Under the pieces are notes generated by a model that was not told where the DNA came from, did no database searches, and saw nothing but the letters and a program-made list of their open reading frames with translations. Shown here in pieces: positions 52,605-64,000 of a stretch of DNA of 64,000 nt. The DNA comes from an uncultured Acidobacteriota bacterium. GTDB taxonomy: Bacteria; Acidobacteriota; UBA6911. The stretch lies in contig CAWJKZ010000024.1 of NCBI GenBank assembly GCA_963843575.1, forward strand, positions 1 to 64,000, given 5' to 3'. Numbering within the stretch: position 1 is the stretch's first letter; each line of letters opens with the position of its first letter. Both the position numbers and the translations under genes were made by a program.

Positions 52605-54098
52605 CAGCGAACCTGCTCCGCGAAGTTGGACCGCAGGAACTGCACCATCTTCTCGAGATGCACCCCCCGGGAGCCCTTGATGAGGACGAGGTCCCCCGCC
52701 CGCACCGTCCGGCTCACGTAATCGATCGCCGGATTCACCTCGGTGAAGAAGTGCACGGCGTTTTCCGGGGTTCCGGCAGCGACGGCAGCGCGGGTGATCT
52801 GGCGCGCCTCGCCCTGGACGCCGACGATGATCTCGATGCCTGTCCTGGCCGCGTCGGTGCCGCACGCGTAGTGGAGCGCCCCGGATTCCGGGCCCAGTTC
52901 GAGCATCTCGCCCGCGACCAGGATGCGGCGGCCGAAGTTCGGGATCGCCGCGACCGTGGCGATCATCTGGGAGAGCGCGCGGGGGTTCGAGTTGTAGGAG
53001 TCGTCGACGACGGTGAACCCGTCTTTGAACTGCACGATCTGGCCGCGCATGTGTGTCTGGCGGAGATGGCGCAGGCTCTCGACGATCTGCTCGAGGTCGA
53101 TGCGGTAATGGATCCCCAGCGCCACCGCGGGGAGCGCGTTGACGACGTAGTGGCCTCCCGCCATCGGGATGGAGGCTCGGCAGGTTCTGCCTGCGGCGGA
53201 GAGGCGGAAGCGGGTTTCCTGAAGCCCGGTAATCTCTATGCTGCCCGCGTGGATCTCGGCACCCTCGGTCAGCCCCACCGGGACTTTCCGGCCGCGGGAA
53301 GCGGCAGGCGATGTCGCGCACGAGCGGGTCGTCGGTGTTGTACACGAGAAGGCTGTCGCCCTGCAGCCCATCCGCAAGCTCCTCCTTGGCGCGGGCGATC
53401 TCCTCGAGCGACGCGAAGTGCTCGAGGTGCACGGGGGCAACATTGGTGACGATCCCGATCGAGGGGCGGGCGATGCGGCACATCTCGGCGATCTCGCCCG
53501 GTGCGCTCATTCCCATCTCGAAGATGCCGATGTGATCGTCCGGGCTGAGCCCGAACAGCGCAAGCGGCAGCCCGAACAGGTTGTTGTAGTTGCCGGGCGA
53601 CCGGTAGACGCCGTACTCGGCCTGCAGCACCTGGGCCGCGAATTCCTTCGTGGTGGTTTTCCCCATGCTTCCGGTGATTCCGATCAGGGTGCCCCGCCAG
53701 AGGCGGCGCACGTCCATGGCGAGATCCTTCAGGGCCTGGTGCGTGTTCTCGACGCGGATCAGGATCTTCCCGGCCGGGAAGTCCGGGGATGGCTCGTAGC
53801 CGCCGTCGACCACGGCGCCCGCCGCGCCCTTGGCGAGGGCCGCGGCGATGAAGCCGTGCCCGTCGTGGTGCGGTCCGCGGATGGCGAAGAAGAGGTCGCC
53901 GATCCGGACGGTGCGGCTGTCGATCGAAATCCCGGAGACCATCGCGGTCCTGGAGCCCGCAAGGAGCAGTCCCCCGGTGCTCGATTCCACCTGCCCCGCC
54001 CCCATGTTTGCCATGATCAAGTCCGTCATGATGGCCAGCACCGGCCGGAGGCCGAAATACCTGCGGTCCTGCACCGTGCGGTTGTCGATGTAAGTCAC
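52604..54098 (-). CDS. murF: UDP-MurNAc-tripeptide--D-Ala-D-Ala ligase (frameshift near 53290)
   Basis: SIDSR, ITGSMGKTTTKE, EMGMS, DDSYNSNP, IKGSRG. Confidence 0.93.
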
Positions 54099-54203
54099 AT
54101 CAGCCTCGCGCCCGGCCGGCGTCGTGCAAGACGGCCGCGGCGGCTCGACGCGGCCCGTGGATCCTGCCCGTCCGGCGGTTTGACAGCACCACCTCGGCTG
54201 CAC

Positions 54204-55700
<1,497 letters not shown>

Positions 55701-55707
55701 GGTGTCC

Positions 55708-57798
55708 TCAGGGCCTGATTGCCGACACCTGCGCGACAGAGTTGCCGATGGTTGCGGGTTCCGGGGAGGGTTCCTTCGCCCGGGCGGCATTGACGCGGGC
55801 GAAGGTCACGCTGCAGGAGGCTCCTCCGGCAATTGTAGTGCCTGCCGCAGGCACCTGGAAGACCGCAAATCCTGAACCGCTCGACTGGAGCCGGATCCCG
55901 AGTTCGAGGCAGCGATCGAGCACCTGCCGTTTGGCCATGCCGCGGAAGTCGGGCAAGACCACGCCGCCGGTCGACACCCGCACGACGCGTTCGTCCTCCT
56001 GGGACGGGACACCGTTGACGGATCCCCCGGGGGCCTGCAGCGGCGTAGCGTTCGGGATGTAGTCTTCCAGACTGGCGAGCGTCAACTTGCGGTCGAGTTG
56101 CGGCAGCGGCAACGTCTGGTCCGTCGGGACCTGAAGCCGCATCAGCGCCTGCTGTGCGATGCGGGCGAAAACAGGCGCGGACACGTCGCCGCCGTAGATC
56201 CTCCCGCTCGGCTCGTCCAGCTGCACCAGGATGGTGATTCGGGGCGCCGGCAGCGGTGCGAAACCTATGAACGACGCTACGTATTTCGTGTCCGAATACC
56301 GCCCGGCGACGATCTTCTGCGCGGTGCCGGTCTTGCCGGCGGCCCGGTATCCCTGCAGGGCCGCCTTGCGCCCCGTGCCGCGGAGCACCACCCCCTCGAA
56401 CGCCTCGCGCACCGCCGCTGCCGTCTCCGTGCTCATGATGCGGGTGCGCTCCGGCGTCTTGATGCGCACGAGGTCCCCGTCCTGGTCGATGACGCGATCG
56501 ACGAGCGAGGGGCGGGTGCGGTAGCCGCCGTTGGCGATGGCGTTGATGGCGCACAGGATTTGAAGGGACGTGACGCCGACTTCCTGGCCGAAAGAGATGG
56601 CGCCGATGGACAGCCCGGACCAGTCGTGCCAGTCGCGCACTAGCCCGACGCCCTCGGCAGGCAGGTCGATCTCGGTGGGCGAGCCGAACCCGAAGGTGCG
56701 CAGAGCCTCGTAGAGCCGCTGCTCTCCGAGCCGCAGGCCCAGCTTCGCCGCGCCCACGTTGGACGAGTGCTCCAGCACCTCGTTGAATCTCAGGAGACCG
56801 TAGGGTTTGTGGTCGTGGAAAACGTGGCCGCCGATCCTGATGGACCCCATCTGACAGTCGATCAACTCGTCAGCCCGGGTCAGCCCGGCCTCCAGCGCCG
56901 CGGTCGCCACCACCACTTTGAACGTCGAGCCGGGCTCGAAGAAATCGGACACCGCGCGGTTCCTCAACCGCTCCACCGGATACTCGTTGTAAGCGTTGCT
57001 GTTGAAATCGGGGTAGTTGGCCAGCGCGAGAACCCTTCCGGTGTCGGATTCGAGCACGATGGCCACGCCCGCCTGGGCTTTGACCTCTTGAACCCCCGCG
57101 GCCAGTTCACGCTCGGCGATGTGCTGGATCGAGCGGTCGAGGCTCAGGACGAGGGAGTGACCCTGCGCCGGCGCTTTTTCCACGCGTCCCCTGAAGGACT
57201 TGCGGCGGGCGTCCACCTCAAACGAGATCTGCCCTTCCTCTCCCTTGAGCTCCCTGTCGTATTCCTGCTCGAGCCCCGCCCCGCCGTCGCCGTTCATGTT
57301 CACGAAACCGAGGGTCTGTGAAGCGAGGTTCCGGTTGGGGTAAACGCGCATGCTCTCCGGCACGAGATAGACCCCGTCGAGCTTGAGGTTCTCGATGCGC
57401 GCCTCGGTCTTGGGATCGACCCTGCGCTTCACGAACAGGAAGCTCTTTCGACTCGGGTCCGACATCCGGGCCTGTAGTTCCTGCGGGTTGAGTTCCAGGA
57501 TCGACGAGAGGTTGCGCACGGCGCTGGAGAGGTTCCGGATCCGGCGCGGCTCGGCCGCCACCGTGCTCACCGTGATGCTGGTGGCGAGCTCGTCCATGTG
57601 GCTGTCGTAAATCACCCCGCGTGGCGCCAGCACGGCGCGCGTGACCTGCTGTTTTTCCAGCGCCCGCTGGACGAACACCTGGTGCTGGAATACCTGGAGA
57701 TGGACAAGGCGGGCCGAGATGACAACGCCCCAGAGGGTGATAGAGCCTATCACCAGTAATACTCTGCTGGCATAGGGGCGGTTCCCGCTCTCAGGCAT
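55708..57798 (-). CDS. ftsI: Division penicillin-binding protein with PASTA domain
   Basis: EPGSTFK, SSN, KTGTAQK. Confidence 0.94.
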   Translation of the reverse strand: MPESGNRPYASRVLLVIGSITLWGVVISARLVHLQVFQHQVFVQRALEKQQVTRAVLAPRGVIYDSHMDELATSITVSTVAAEPRRIRNLSSAVRNLSSILELNPQELQARMSDPSRKSFLFVKRRVDPKTEARIENLKLDGVYLVPESMRVYPNRNLASQTLGFVNMNGDGGAGLEQEYDRELKGEEGQISFEVDARRKSFRGRVEKAPAQGHSLVLSLDRSIQHIAERELAAGVQEVKAQAGVAIVLESDTGRVLALANYPDFNSNAYNEYPVERLRNRAVSDFFEPGSTFKVVVATAALEAGLTRADELIDCQMGSIRIGGHVFHDHKPYGLLRFNEVLEHSSNVGAAKLGLRLGEQRLYEALRTFGFGSPTEIDLPAEGVGLVRDWHDWSGLSIGAISFGQEVGVTSLQILCAINAIANGGYRTRPSLVDRVIDQDGDLVRIKTPERTRIMSTETAAAVREAFEGVVLRGTGRKAALQGYRAAGKTGTAQKIVAGRYSDTKYVASFIGFAPLPAPRITILVQLDEPSGRIYGGDVSAPVFARIAQQALMRLQVPTDQTLPLPQLDRKLTLASLEDYIPNATPLQAPGGSVNGVPSQEDERVVRVSTGGVVLPDFRGMAKRQVLDRCLELGIRLQSSGSGFAVFQVPAAGTTIAGGASCSVTFARVNAARAKEPSPEPATIGNSVAQVSAIRP

Positions 57799-57800
57799 CG

Positions 57801-58220
57801 TCAGTTTGTCGCGGAGAATCTCTTCGATTCGGGCGAACCTTGGGAAGGGCCAGCCATGGCGAGGGTGGTGGCGAATTCGTTGTCCTGCCACTGTGCCGCG
57901 ATCACCTGGCCCGGCTGCACCGGGACCATCCTGAGATCGTTGCGCGCTATGGTGTCGATGCGGTCCAGGTTTTTAAGGGTCTGCTCCTCGAGCACCAGTT
58001 GCCGCTCGGAGAGCAGCAGCCCGGCTTCCTGCTCCTGGAGCATCTGCTCCGCATACCCCTGGTTGACCATCTGGTTGCGGACCCAGGAATAGAACAAGAG
58101 CACCCCGGCTATCACGACCATGGACGAAACGATCCATGTCGTCTCCTTCACGCTGCGCGCGTCGGGCGCGCGTCGGATCCCGTAATTGCGGACCTGAACT
58201 CCTGCTGCCCAATCCACCAT
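57801..58220 (-). CDS. ftsL: Cell division protein FtsL
   Basis: TM helix plus coiled coil between rsmH and ftsI. Confidence 0.8.
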   Translation of the reverse strand: MVDWAAGVQVRNYGIRRAPDARSVKETTWIVSSMVVIAGVLLFYSWVRNQMVNQGYAEQMLQEQEAGLLLSERQLVLEEQTLKNLDRIDTIARNDLRMVPVQPGQVIAAQWQDNEFATTLAMAGPSQGSPESKRFSATN

Positions 58221-58232
58221 GGTACTCCCCTC

Positions 58233-59189
58233 CTAACCTGCAACCCGTTCGATACCGCGCAGGCGGGCGCTCCGGGCACGGGGGTTGCCCGCCACCTCCG
58301 ACGCACCCGGTTTGAGGGCGCGCGAAGTCAGCAGCCGGCCCTGCTCCCGCCTGGGGCACAGACACAGCTCCGGGGGCCGCTCGCAGACGCATTGCCCCGA
58401 GAGCATCCGGAACGAGTGCTTCACGATGCGGTCTTCGAGCGAATGGAATGCGATGACGACCAACCTTCCGCCCGGCTTGAGAAACGTCAGCGCTTCGGCC
58501 AGAAAACCGTCCAGACCGTCCAGCTCCTGGTTTACCGCGATCCGAAGCGCCTGAAACGTGCGGGTCGCGGGGTGCACGCCGGGGATGCTACGCACCCGCA
58601 CCGCGCGGCTCACAATCCCGGCCAGCTGCGCGCATCGGGTGATCGGTGCCTGCTCGCGCGCGGCGACGATCGCCGAGGCGATCCGGCGGGACAAACGCTC
58701 TTCCCCGTACTGGTAAATGATGTCGGCGAGCTCCTCCTGCCCCAGCTCGTTGACCAGGTGAGCCGCCGTGATCCGCTGGCTGCGGTCCATCCGCATGTCC
58801 AGCATCGCGTCGCTCTGAAAACTAAAGCCGCGCTCCGGCGACAGCAATTGGTACGAAGACACGCCGAGGTCCAGGAGTATCCCGTCCACCGCCCGGGCGC
58901 CGAGGTTGTTCAGCACCAGCGGCAGGTTCTTGAAGTTGTCGTGCACGAGACGGACGGAGGTGCCGAAGGGCGCCAATCGCGCCATCGCGCGGTCGAGCGA
59001 TTCGCGGTCCCGGTCCAACCCGATGAGCAGGCCGCCCGGCCGGATCCGCTGCAGGACCGCCTCGGCATGGCCCCCGAGCCCGACCGTGCCGTCGACGTAG
59101 ATCCCCCCGGGCCTGCAACTCAGCAGGTCCAGGACCTGCTCGAGCATGACGGGCTGATGTTCGATCGCGCTGTCCGAGGGCGTCTCCAT
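58233..59189 (-). CDS. rsmH: 16S rRNA m4C1402 methyltransferase
   Basis: DGTVGLGGH, DLGVSS.Q, FQALRIAVN.E, FHSLEDR, NPRARSA. Confidence 0.96.
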   Translation of the reverse strand: METPSDSAIEHQPVMLEQVLDLLSCRPGGIYVDGTVGLGGHAEAVLQRIRPGGLLIGLDRDRESLDRAMARLAPFGTSVRLVHDNFKNLPLVLNNLGARAVDGILLDLGVSSYQLLSPERGFSFQSDAMLDMRMDRSQRITAAHLVNELGQEELADIIYQYGEERLSRRIASAIVAAREQAPITRCAQLAGIVSRAVRVRSIPGVHPATRTFQALRIAVNQELDGLDGFLAEALTFLKPGGRLVVIAFHSLEDRIVKHSFRMLSGQCVCERPPELCLCPRREQGRLLTSRALKPGASEVAGNPRARSARLRGIERVAG

Positions 59190-59241
59190 GGTCCGCAATT
59201 TTGCTATCGCTTTCAACGTTGCTCCCCAACCCCGGCGCGCT

Positions 59242-59682
59242 TCAGAATCCCTGGTCCGCCAGCCGCTCTCGGTCCGCATCCGTCAGCGGCGCTTCCTTGA
59301 GACTCTGCCGGATGACCTCGTTGTTCCAGACTTCGAGGTGATCGTTCTTGCCCATGACGATCACGTCGCCCGAGATCTGCGCGTCTTCGCGAAGGGATTG
59401 GGGTATCAAAATCCTCCCCTGCGGGTCCATCTGGGTCAGAATTCCGTAGTAGCTCGTAAACTTCTGCAGCTTCTGCTTTGCCGGGTCCATTCGCGGCGTT
59501 TCCAGGAACTTCTGAGCCACGCGCTCCCATATAGGTATAGGATAGATCTGGGCGCACTTGCCGTCGTCGCTCGTGACGTAGTACATGTTCTCTTCGGTGT
59601 CGGGAAGATCGCGGCGGAACTTGGCCGGGATTTTCAACCGGTACTTTTCATCGATTTTTGCGGGATAGCTGCCCCAAAGCAT
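59242..59682 (-). CDS. mraZ: Transcriptional regulator MraZ
   Basis: D.K.R..IP and D.QGRILIP repeats, HLEVW; first gene of the dcw cluster. Confidence 0.93.
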   Translation of the reverse strand: MLWGSYPAKIDEKYRLKIPAKFRRDLPDTEENMYYVTSDDGKCAQIYPIPIWERVAQKFLETPRMDPAKQKLQKFTSYYGILTQMDPQGRILIPQSLREDAQISGDVIVMGKNDHLEVWNNEVIRQSLKEAPLTDADRERLADQGF

Positions 59683-59744
59683 ATGTCGCGACCGAACTTA
59701 CGCTGGGAAACTTCCTAAAACCGGAGAAGAAGCCTAAAGACGGA

Positions 59745-59768
59745 CTACAAATTACCACTGCACTCCAC
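59745..59768 (-). promoter_or_regulatory. MraZ-binding repeats
   Basis: GTGG-N6-GTGG-N6-GTAG on the minus strand just downstream of the promoter. Confidence 0.7.
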
Positions 59769-59784
59769 TTTTGACCTCGCCGGC

Positions 59785-59813
59785 AGTCTAGGACGGTTGG
59801 TTTGCCCTGTCAA
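59785..59813 (-). promoter_or_regulatory. Sigma70 promoter of the dcw operon
   Basis: TTGACA-17 bp-TAGACT on the minus strand. Confidence 0.8.
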
Positions 59814-60075
59814 GCAAATCTTTGGGATCGTTAGGAGTTCGGGCAGTCCGTGGATCTTGTTTTGTTGCAGCAATCGGGGTGCAGTGCCCCCTGCGAGGCG
59901 CGCCCCTGTGGTCGACATGCCCCGCTTGGCGCCAAAACTAAGCGCGGCGGTGCGGCGCGGCCGGGCCGCGGTCGCATTAAATAGGGTTGCCCTGACTTGG
60001 CTGACGTCGTCGCGGAGGCGTTTTAGGGCGGCTATGCTAATATGTTCCCCTTTTTAGCGCAGGGAGGGTTGGTCC

Positions 60076-61185
60076 GTGAGGGTCGGGATCGTCGGGTTGC
60101 CCCAGGTGGGGAAGACAACTATCTTCAATCTTCTGACTCGCGGCGACGTGGATGTGTCGTCCTGGGGCGGCAAGAGCGAAGCACACATCGGGGTCGCCGA
60201 AGTCCCCGATGCCCGCCTGGACGAATTGACTCGCGTGTTTCGCCCGCGCAAGACGGTGTACGCCACCGTGGAGTACGTCGACCTGCCCGGACTGGCGCGC
60301 GGCGAGGGGAAGGCGGCGCTGCAGGGGCAGGCGCGTGACATGAGCGCGTACCTCAACAACCTGAAAAACGTCGACGCGCTCCTGCACGTGGTCCGGGCCT
60401 TCGATGATCCGGCGCTGCCTCACCCGGAGGGCTCGGTCGACCCGGCGCGCGACATCGGGCTCTTCGAACTCGAAATGATCTTCTCGGACCTGGCCGTCGT
60501 CGAGAAGCGCCTCGAGCGCCTCGCCAAGGACCTGAAGAAGGCTAAGAGCGCGGATCTGGAGCTCGAGCATTCCGTGCTTCTGAGGTTTCGCGGGGCGCTC
60601 GAGCAGGAACGGCCGCTGCGGGAACTCGAGCTGTCCGCGGAGGAGGAGAAGCGCGTCAAGGGCTTCACGTTCCTGTCGGCCAAGCCGGTTCTGCAACTGG
60701 TCAACCTCGGGGACGGAGACACGGCCAAGGTTCACCGGGTGGTCGAGGAATGCGGGCTGCGGGAACGGGCGGCGAAGCCCAACGTGAGGATCACGGCTGT
60801 CTGCGGCAAGATCGAAGCGGAGATCGCATCGCTCCCTCCCGAGGATGCCCGCATGTTCATGGCGGATCTCGGGCTGGGCGAGAGCGGCTTGGCGCGGGTC
60901 ATCCAGGAATCGTATGCCCTGCTGGGTTTGGTGTCCTTCTTCACGGCGGGCGAGCCGGAGGTACGGGCCTGGACTATCCCGCGGAACACCACGGCACAGC
61001 GCGCCGCCGGGGTCATCCACACCGACATCGAGAAGGGCTTCATAAAGGCCGAGGTCGTCTCCTATCCTGAACTGGTTCAGCTCGGCTCGTTTCAGGTCGC
61101 CAAGAACAAAGGCGTGCTCCGTCTCGAGGGCAAGGACTACCTGGTGCAGGAAGCCGACGTCATCCTCTTCCGCTTCAACGTGTGA
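60076..61185 (+). CDS. ychF: Ribosome-binding ATPase YchF
   Basis: GIVGLPQVGKTT, VPDARL, FFTAGEPEVRAWT, AAGVIHTD, FRFNV. Confidence 0.96.
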   Translation: MRVGIVGLPQVGKTTIFNLLTRGDVDVSSWGGKSEAHIGVAEVPDARLDELTRVFRPRKTVYATVEYVDLPGLARGEGKAALQGQARDMSAYLNNLKNVDALLHVVRAFDDPALPHPEGSVDPARDIGLFELEMIFSDLAVVEKRLERLAKDLKKAKSADLELEHSVLLRFRGALEQERPLRELELSAEEEKRVKGFTFLSAKPVLQLVNLGDGDTAKVHRVVEECGLRERAAKPNVRITAVCGKIEAEIASLPPEDARMFMADLGLGESGLARVIQESYALLGLVSFFTAGEPEVRAWTIPRNTTAQRAAGVIHTDIEKGFIKAEVVSYPELVQLGSFQVAKNKGVLRLEGKDYLVQEADVILFRFNV

Positions 61186-61266
61186 TCGGCGTCGTCGCCG
61201 GAGGCGCTCCGGCGGCTTGGGTGTTGTCGGAGGTGGATTTCTCAGTGCTCCCGCGGCCTTGTGCCG

Positions 61267-62016
61267 ATGGAAACGCCAATGTCAGAACGGTTCCCGATTC
61301 TACTGCTGCTCGGGCTCGTGGCTTCGTTCGCCAACGTGATCGGCGGGTGGATAGTCTCCTCCCGCGCGGATATCCGGCGGACGGTCCTGAACGCGCTCAT
61401 TTCGCTGGGTGCGGGTTTCATGCTCACGGCCTGCATCGTAGAGGTGATGCCGCGCAGCATCAAGGCCAGCGAAAACGCGGCGGTCATCATCCTGGCGGGT
61501 TACCTGTTTGTGCACCTGGTGGAGCACACGATCGCGACCCACTTCCACTTTGGCGAGGAGACGCATTCCGACCACGTGCTGGACGCCCGCACAGCCTACT
61601 CTGCGCTCTCGGGGCTCGTGCTGCACGCCTTTTTCGACGGGGCGCTCATCGCGGCGGGTTTCTGGATCTCGATGCGGCTGGGTTTGCTGATGTTCCTCGC
61701 GATCATCTTCCACAAGATACCCGAGGGCTTCACGGCGGCGAGCATCATGCGCGCCTCGGGCCGGAGGAAACTCGAGGTCAACATCGCGACGGCAGCCATC
61801 AGCGTCAGCACGCTCGCCGGGGTGCTGAGCATCGGGTTCAACGGCGACTTCGCCCGCAACGCCCTTCCTTTCAGCGCCGGCGTCACGCTGTATGTGGCGG
61901 CGTCGGACCTGATCCCGGAAGTCAACAAAGAATGGGGCGGTACGGTCTCGATTGGGGTATTCTTGGGCGTCGTTTTCTTTTTTCTCTCAGAGACGTTCCT
62001 CAGCCGGTTTCTATAG
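61267..62016 (+). CDS. ZIP-family metal transporter
   Basis: HFHFGEETH loop, HAFFDG, HKIPEG, LIPE. Confidence 0.9.
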   Translation: METPMSERFPILLLLGLVASFANVIGGWIVSSRADIRRTVLNALISLGAGFMLTACIVEVMPRSIKASENAAVIILAGYLFVHLVEHTIATHFHFGEETHSDHVLDARTAYSALSGLVLHAFFDGALIAAGFWISMRLGLLMFLAIIFHKIPEGFTAASIMRASGRRKLEVNIATAAISVSTLAGVLSIGFNGDFARNALPFSAGVTLYVAASDLIPEVNKEWGGTVSIGVFLGVVFFFLSETFLSRFL

Positions 62017-62196
62017 CGAGGCCGTGAAAACTGCGGTCCCTTCGGGCATCTATGATGCCGAGGCAAGCTCCTTCCGGCTCGGCCGCCGCTACGGGCGGGC
62101 GCGGAACCCGGACAGGCGCGGCCTTCCGACCCTCCGACCGGACCTGGATTGACGCCGGATACCGCAGTCGAAGCGTCCGGCGGGCCGTTTGAACAG

Positions 62197-64000
62197 ATGC
62201 CAAAGCTTCGACACTTCCTTGCGGTCTCTTTCCTTCTGGGATCTGCCACGATCCGCGCCGAGGCACCTCAGTCCGGCCCGGGGCTGGAGTTCTTCGGCCG
62301 GCCGGTGCGGGCTGTAGAATACGTCGCGGACCAGCCGTTGGAGCGCTCCCACCTGGATCCGGTCGTCTCGCTGCCGCCGGGCCTGCTGCTGACCAGAAGT
62401 TCGGTCAAGCAGGCGATCCAGGCGCTGTACGACACCGGGCGGTTTTCAGGGATTTCGGTGGAGGCTGTTGCGGAGGGCGAGGGGGTGGTGCTGCGGTTCA
62501 ATCTCACCCTCAACTACTACTTCAACAGGTTCTCGCTCGAGGGGGACGTCCGGCTCGGCCGCCGCTCGCTCTGGGAGCTGTTGTCCTTGCCGGTGGGCGA
62601 GCGTTTTACCAGCGGGAAACTGGAGGAAACGCGCCGGGCGGTCCTCAAGCTCATGCAGGACCGGGGTTATCTTCTGGCCGAGATCGACGCGCGCACGACC
62701 TCGGATCCCCGCACTCGGCAGGTGGACACTGTATTCGTCGTCAGGCCGGGTGGCGCGACGACGGTGCGTGCGCTCGACGTCCTGGGGGTCCCCGACATCT
62801 CCGCCCGCGAAATCGGGAAGCGGGTCGGCTTCCGCGAGGGGAGCATTTACGATCGGCAGCGGCTGCGCAGGCGCCTCGAGTCGCTCAAGCAGTATTTCGT
62901 CAGGAGCGGCTATCTGGCCGCGACGGCCGAAATCGGCGAGGACTTCAGGCCCTCGGACAACACGGTCGGGGTGACGCTCAGCGTGGCGAATTTCGGCCGG
63001 GTGCGGGTGGCGGTCGATGGGTTCAAGATCGAGAAGGACCGTCTGAGGCGCCTTCTCCCGATTCTCACGGGGGAAGGGCTGCAACCCGATCTGCTGGAAG
63101 AGGGAGCCCGCAACATCAAAGAGTACGTCGAGGAGCGGGGCTACCCGGAGGCCAAAGTCGGGTATCAGGACGAACTGGACAAATCCGGCGGGCGGGTGCT
63201 GCACTATCGTATCGAGCCGGGCCGCCGGGTGACGGTGGCCTATGTCGGATTCCGGGGCAACCGTGCGATTTCCGAGCAGGAGCTCCTGGGGACGATTCAG
63301 ATCCAGCCCTCGCGTTTCCTGCAGCCATCCGCTTACAGCGCGACCAGGCTGGATGCCGACGTCGCTGCGCTTCACGCGTTGTACCAGTCCCGCGGTTATC
63401 TCGGGGCGGTGATCGTCCCGCTGATCGAACCGGTCAAAGGCGCCCAGAAGCTCCGCATCATCTTCGAGTGTGACGAGGGGCCGCTGTCGCGGACGAAGTC
63501 GCTCCAGCTGACGGGCAATGCGGGTCTCTCCACAGGGACCCTCGAGTCCAGCCTGGCGTTGAGGGTTGGTGCCCCCTACTCGCCCTACCTCGCGGAGCGT
63601 GACCGGCAGGCGCTGCAGGCGGCCTACAACGATGCCGGCTTCCTCCAAGCGCGCGTCAACTCCCGCCCCGGGGCCCCCGACGAACACCACGCGCATCCCG
63701 TGGTGTTCGACATCCAGGAGGGAATCCGCTCCTACGTCGCGCAGGTGGTTATTCTCGGTAACGAACGCACCAGACGCTCCGTGATCGAACACCGCGTGAC
63801 GCTCAAGCCGGACGAGCCGCTGAGCCTTGGGAAGATGCTGCAGAGCCAGCAGGCGCTGCACAACCTGGGTATTTTCGACCTGGTGCGGGTGTCGCCGCAG
63901 AACCCGGAAGGAGTCGCCCCGTTTCAGAACGTGGTCGTCCGCGTTCAGGAGAGCAAGCAGCTGACGCTGCGCTACGGGGCGGGGTACCAGGAGCGAGAGC
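62197..64000 (+). CDS. Omp85/BamA-family protein with multiple POTRA domains (3' truncated)
   Basis: Signal peptide MPKLRHFLAVSFLL; repeated POTRA signatures (ALYDTGRF, Y..RGY..A, GN.RT...VI); frame runs off the window. Confidence 0.85.
   Translation, partial: MPKLRHFLAVSFLLGSATIRAEAPQSGPGLEFFGRPVRAVEYVADQPLERSHLDPVVSLPPGLLLTRSSVKQAIQALYDTGRFSGISVEAVAEGEGVVLRFNLTLNYYFNRFSLEGDVRLGRRSLWELLSLPVGERFTSGKLEETRRAVLKLMQDRGYLLAEIDARTTSDPRTRQVDTVFVVRPGGATTVRALDVLGVPDISAREIGKRVGFREGSIYDRQRLRRRLESLKQYFVRSGYLAATAEIGEDFRPSDNTVGVTLSVANFGRVRVAVDGFKIEKDRLRRLLPILTGEGLQPDLLEEGARNIKEYVEERGYPEAKVGYQDELDKSGGRVLHYRIEPGRRVTVAYVGFRGNRAISEQELLGTIQIQPSRFLQPSAYSATRLDADVAALHALYQSRGYLGAVIVPLIEPVKGAQKLRIIFECDEGPLSRTKSLQLTGNAGLSTGTLESSLALRVGAPYSPYLAERDRQALQAAYNDAGFLQARVNSRPGAPDEHHAHPVVFDIQEGIRSYVAQVVILGNERTRRSVIEHRVTLKPDEPLSLGKMLQSQQALHNLGIFDLVRVSPQNPEGVAPFQNVVVRVQESKQLTLRYGAGYQERE

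Noticed and set aside
51489-54203. 904-aa apparent MurF-MraY fusion
   Set aside because: An indel near 53290 shifts murF into a junk frame that happens to run into mraY; the true MurF C-terminus is in another frame ending at 52604

Overview
GC-rich bacterial window (host genes look Acidobacteriota-like; inference) with frequent single-base indels that split even essential genes, so frameshifts are treated as read/assembly errors. Bases 1-~25,100 are the right part of a prophage with all genes on the + strand: terminase, protease, HK97-type capsid, portal, a giant interrupted-collagen protein, two GT2 glycosyltransferases plus a methyltransferase around the head-tail connector, a block of accessory virion genes, head closure, a MITE plus low-GC cargo gene, tail tube and a truncated tail chaperone. 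The chaperone runs directly into YqaJ-RecT-...-xis-integrase, ending at a tRNA-Arg(CCG)/Arg(UCG)/His/Arg(UCU) cluster. The rest is host DNA: ABC transporter, ferredoxin-methyltransferase fusion, PMM/PGM, ligD, NagB-like gene, trans-sulfuration enzyme, Gfo/Idh/MocA, tRNA-Pro, rdgB, rph, rhomboid, glpK, a patatin-POTRA-barrel protein, the dcw cluster (mraZ to ftsZ), ychF, a ZIP transporter and a partial Omp85 gene. Most notable: (i) a 155-bp multi-helix RNA-like element with a T-loop and complementary loops, flanked by an exact 8-bp direct repeat, inside the virion operon; (ii) a putative virion glycosylation/methylation module next to a collagen fibre with about 40 periodic Ser-containing interruptions.
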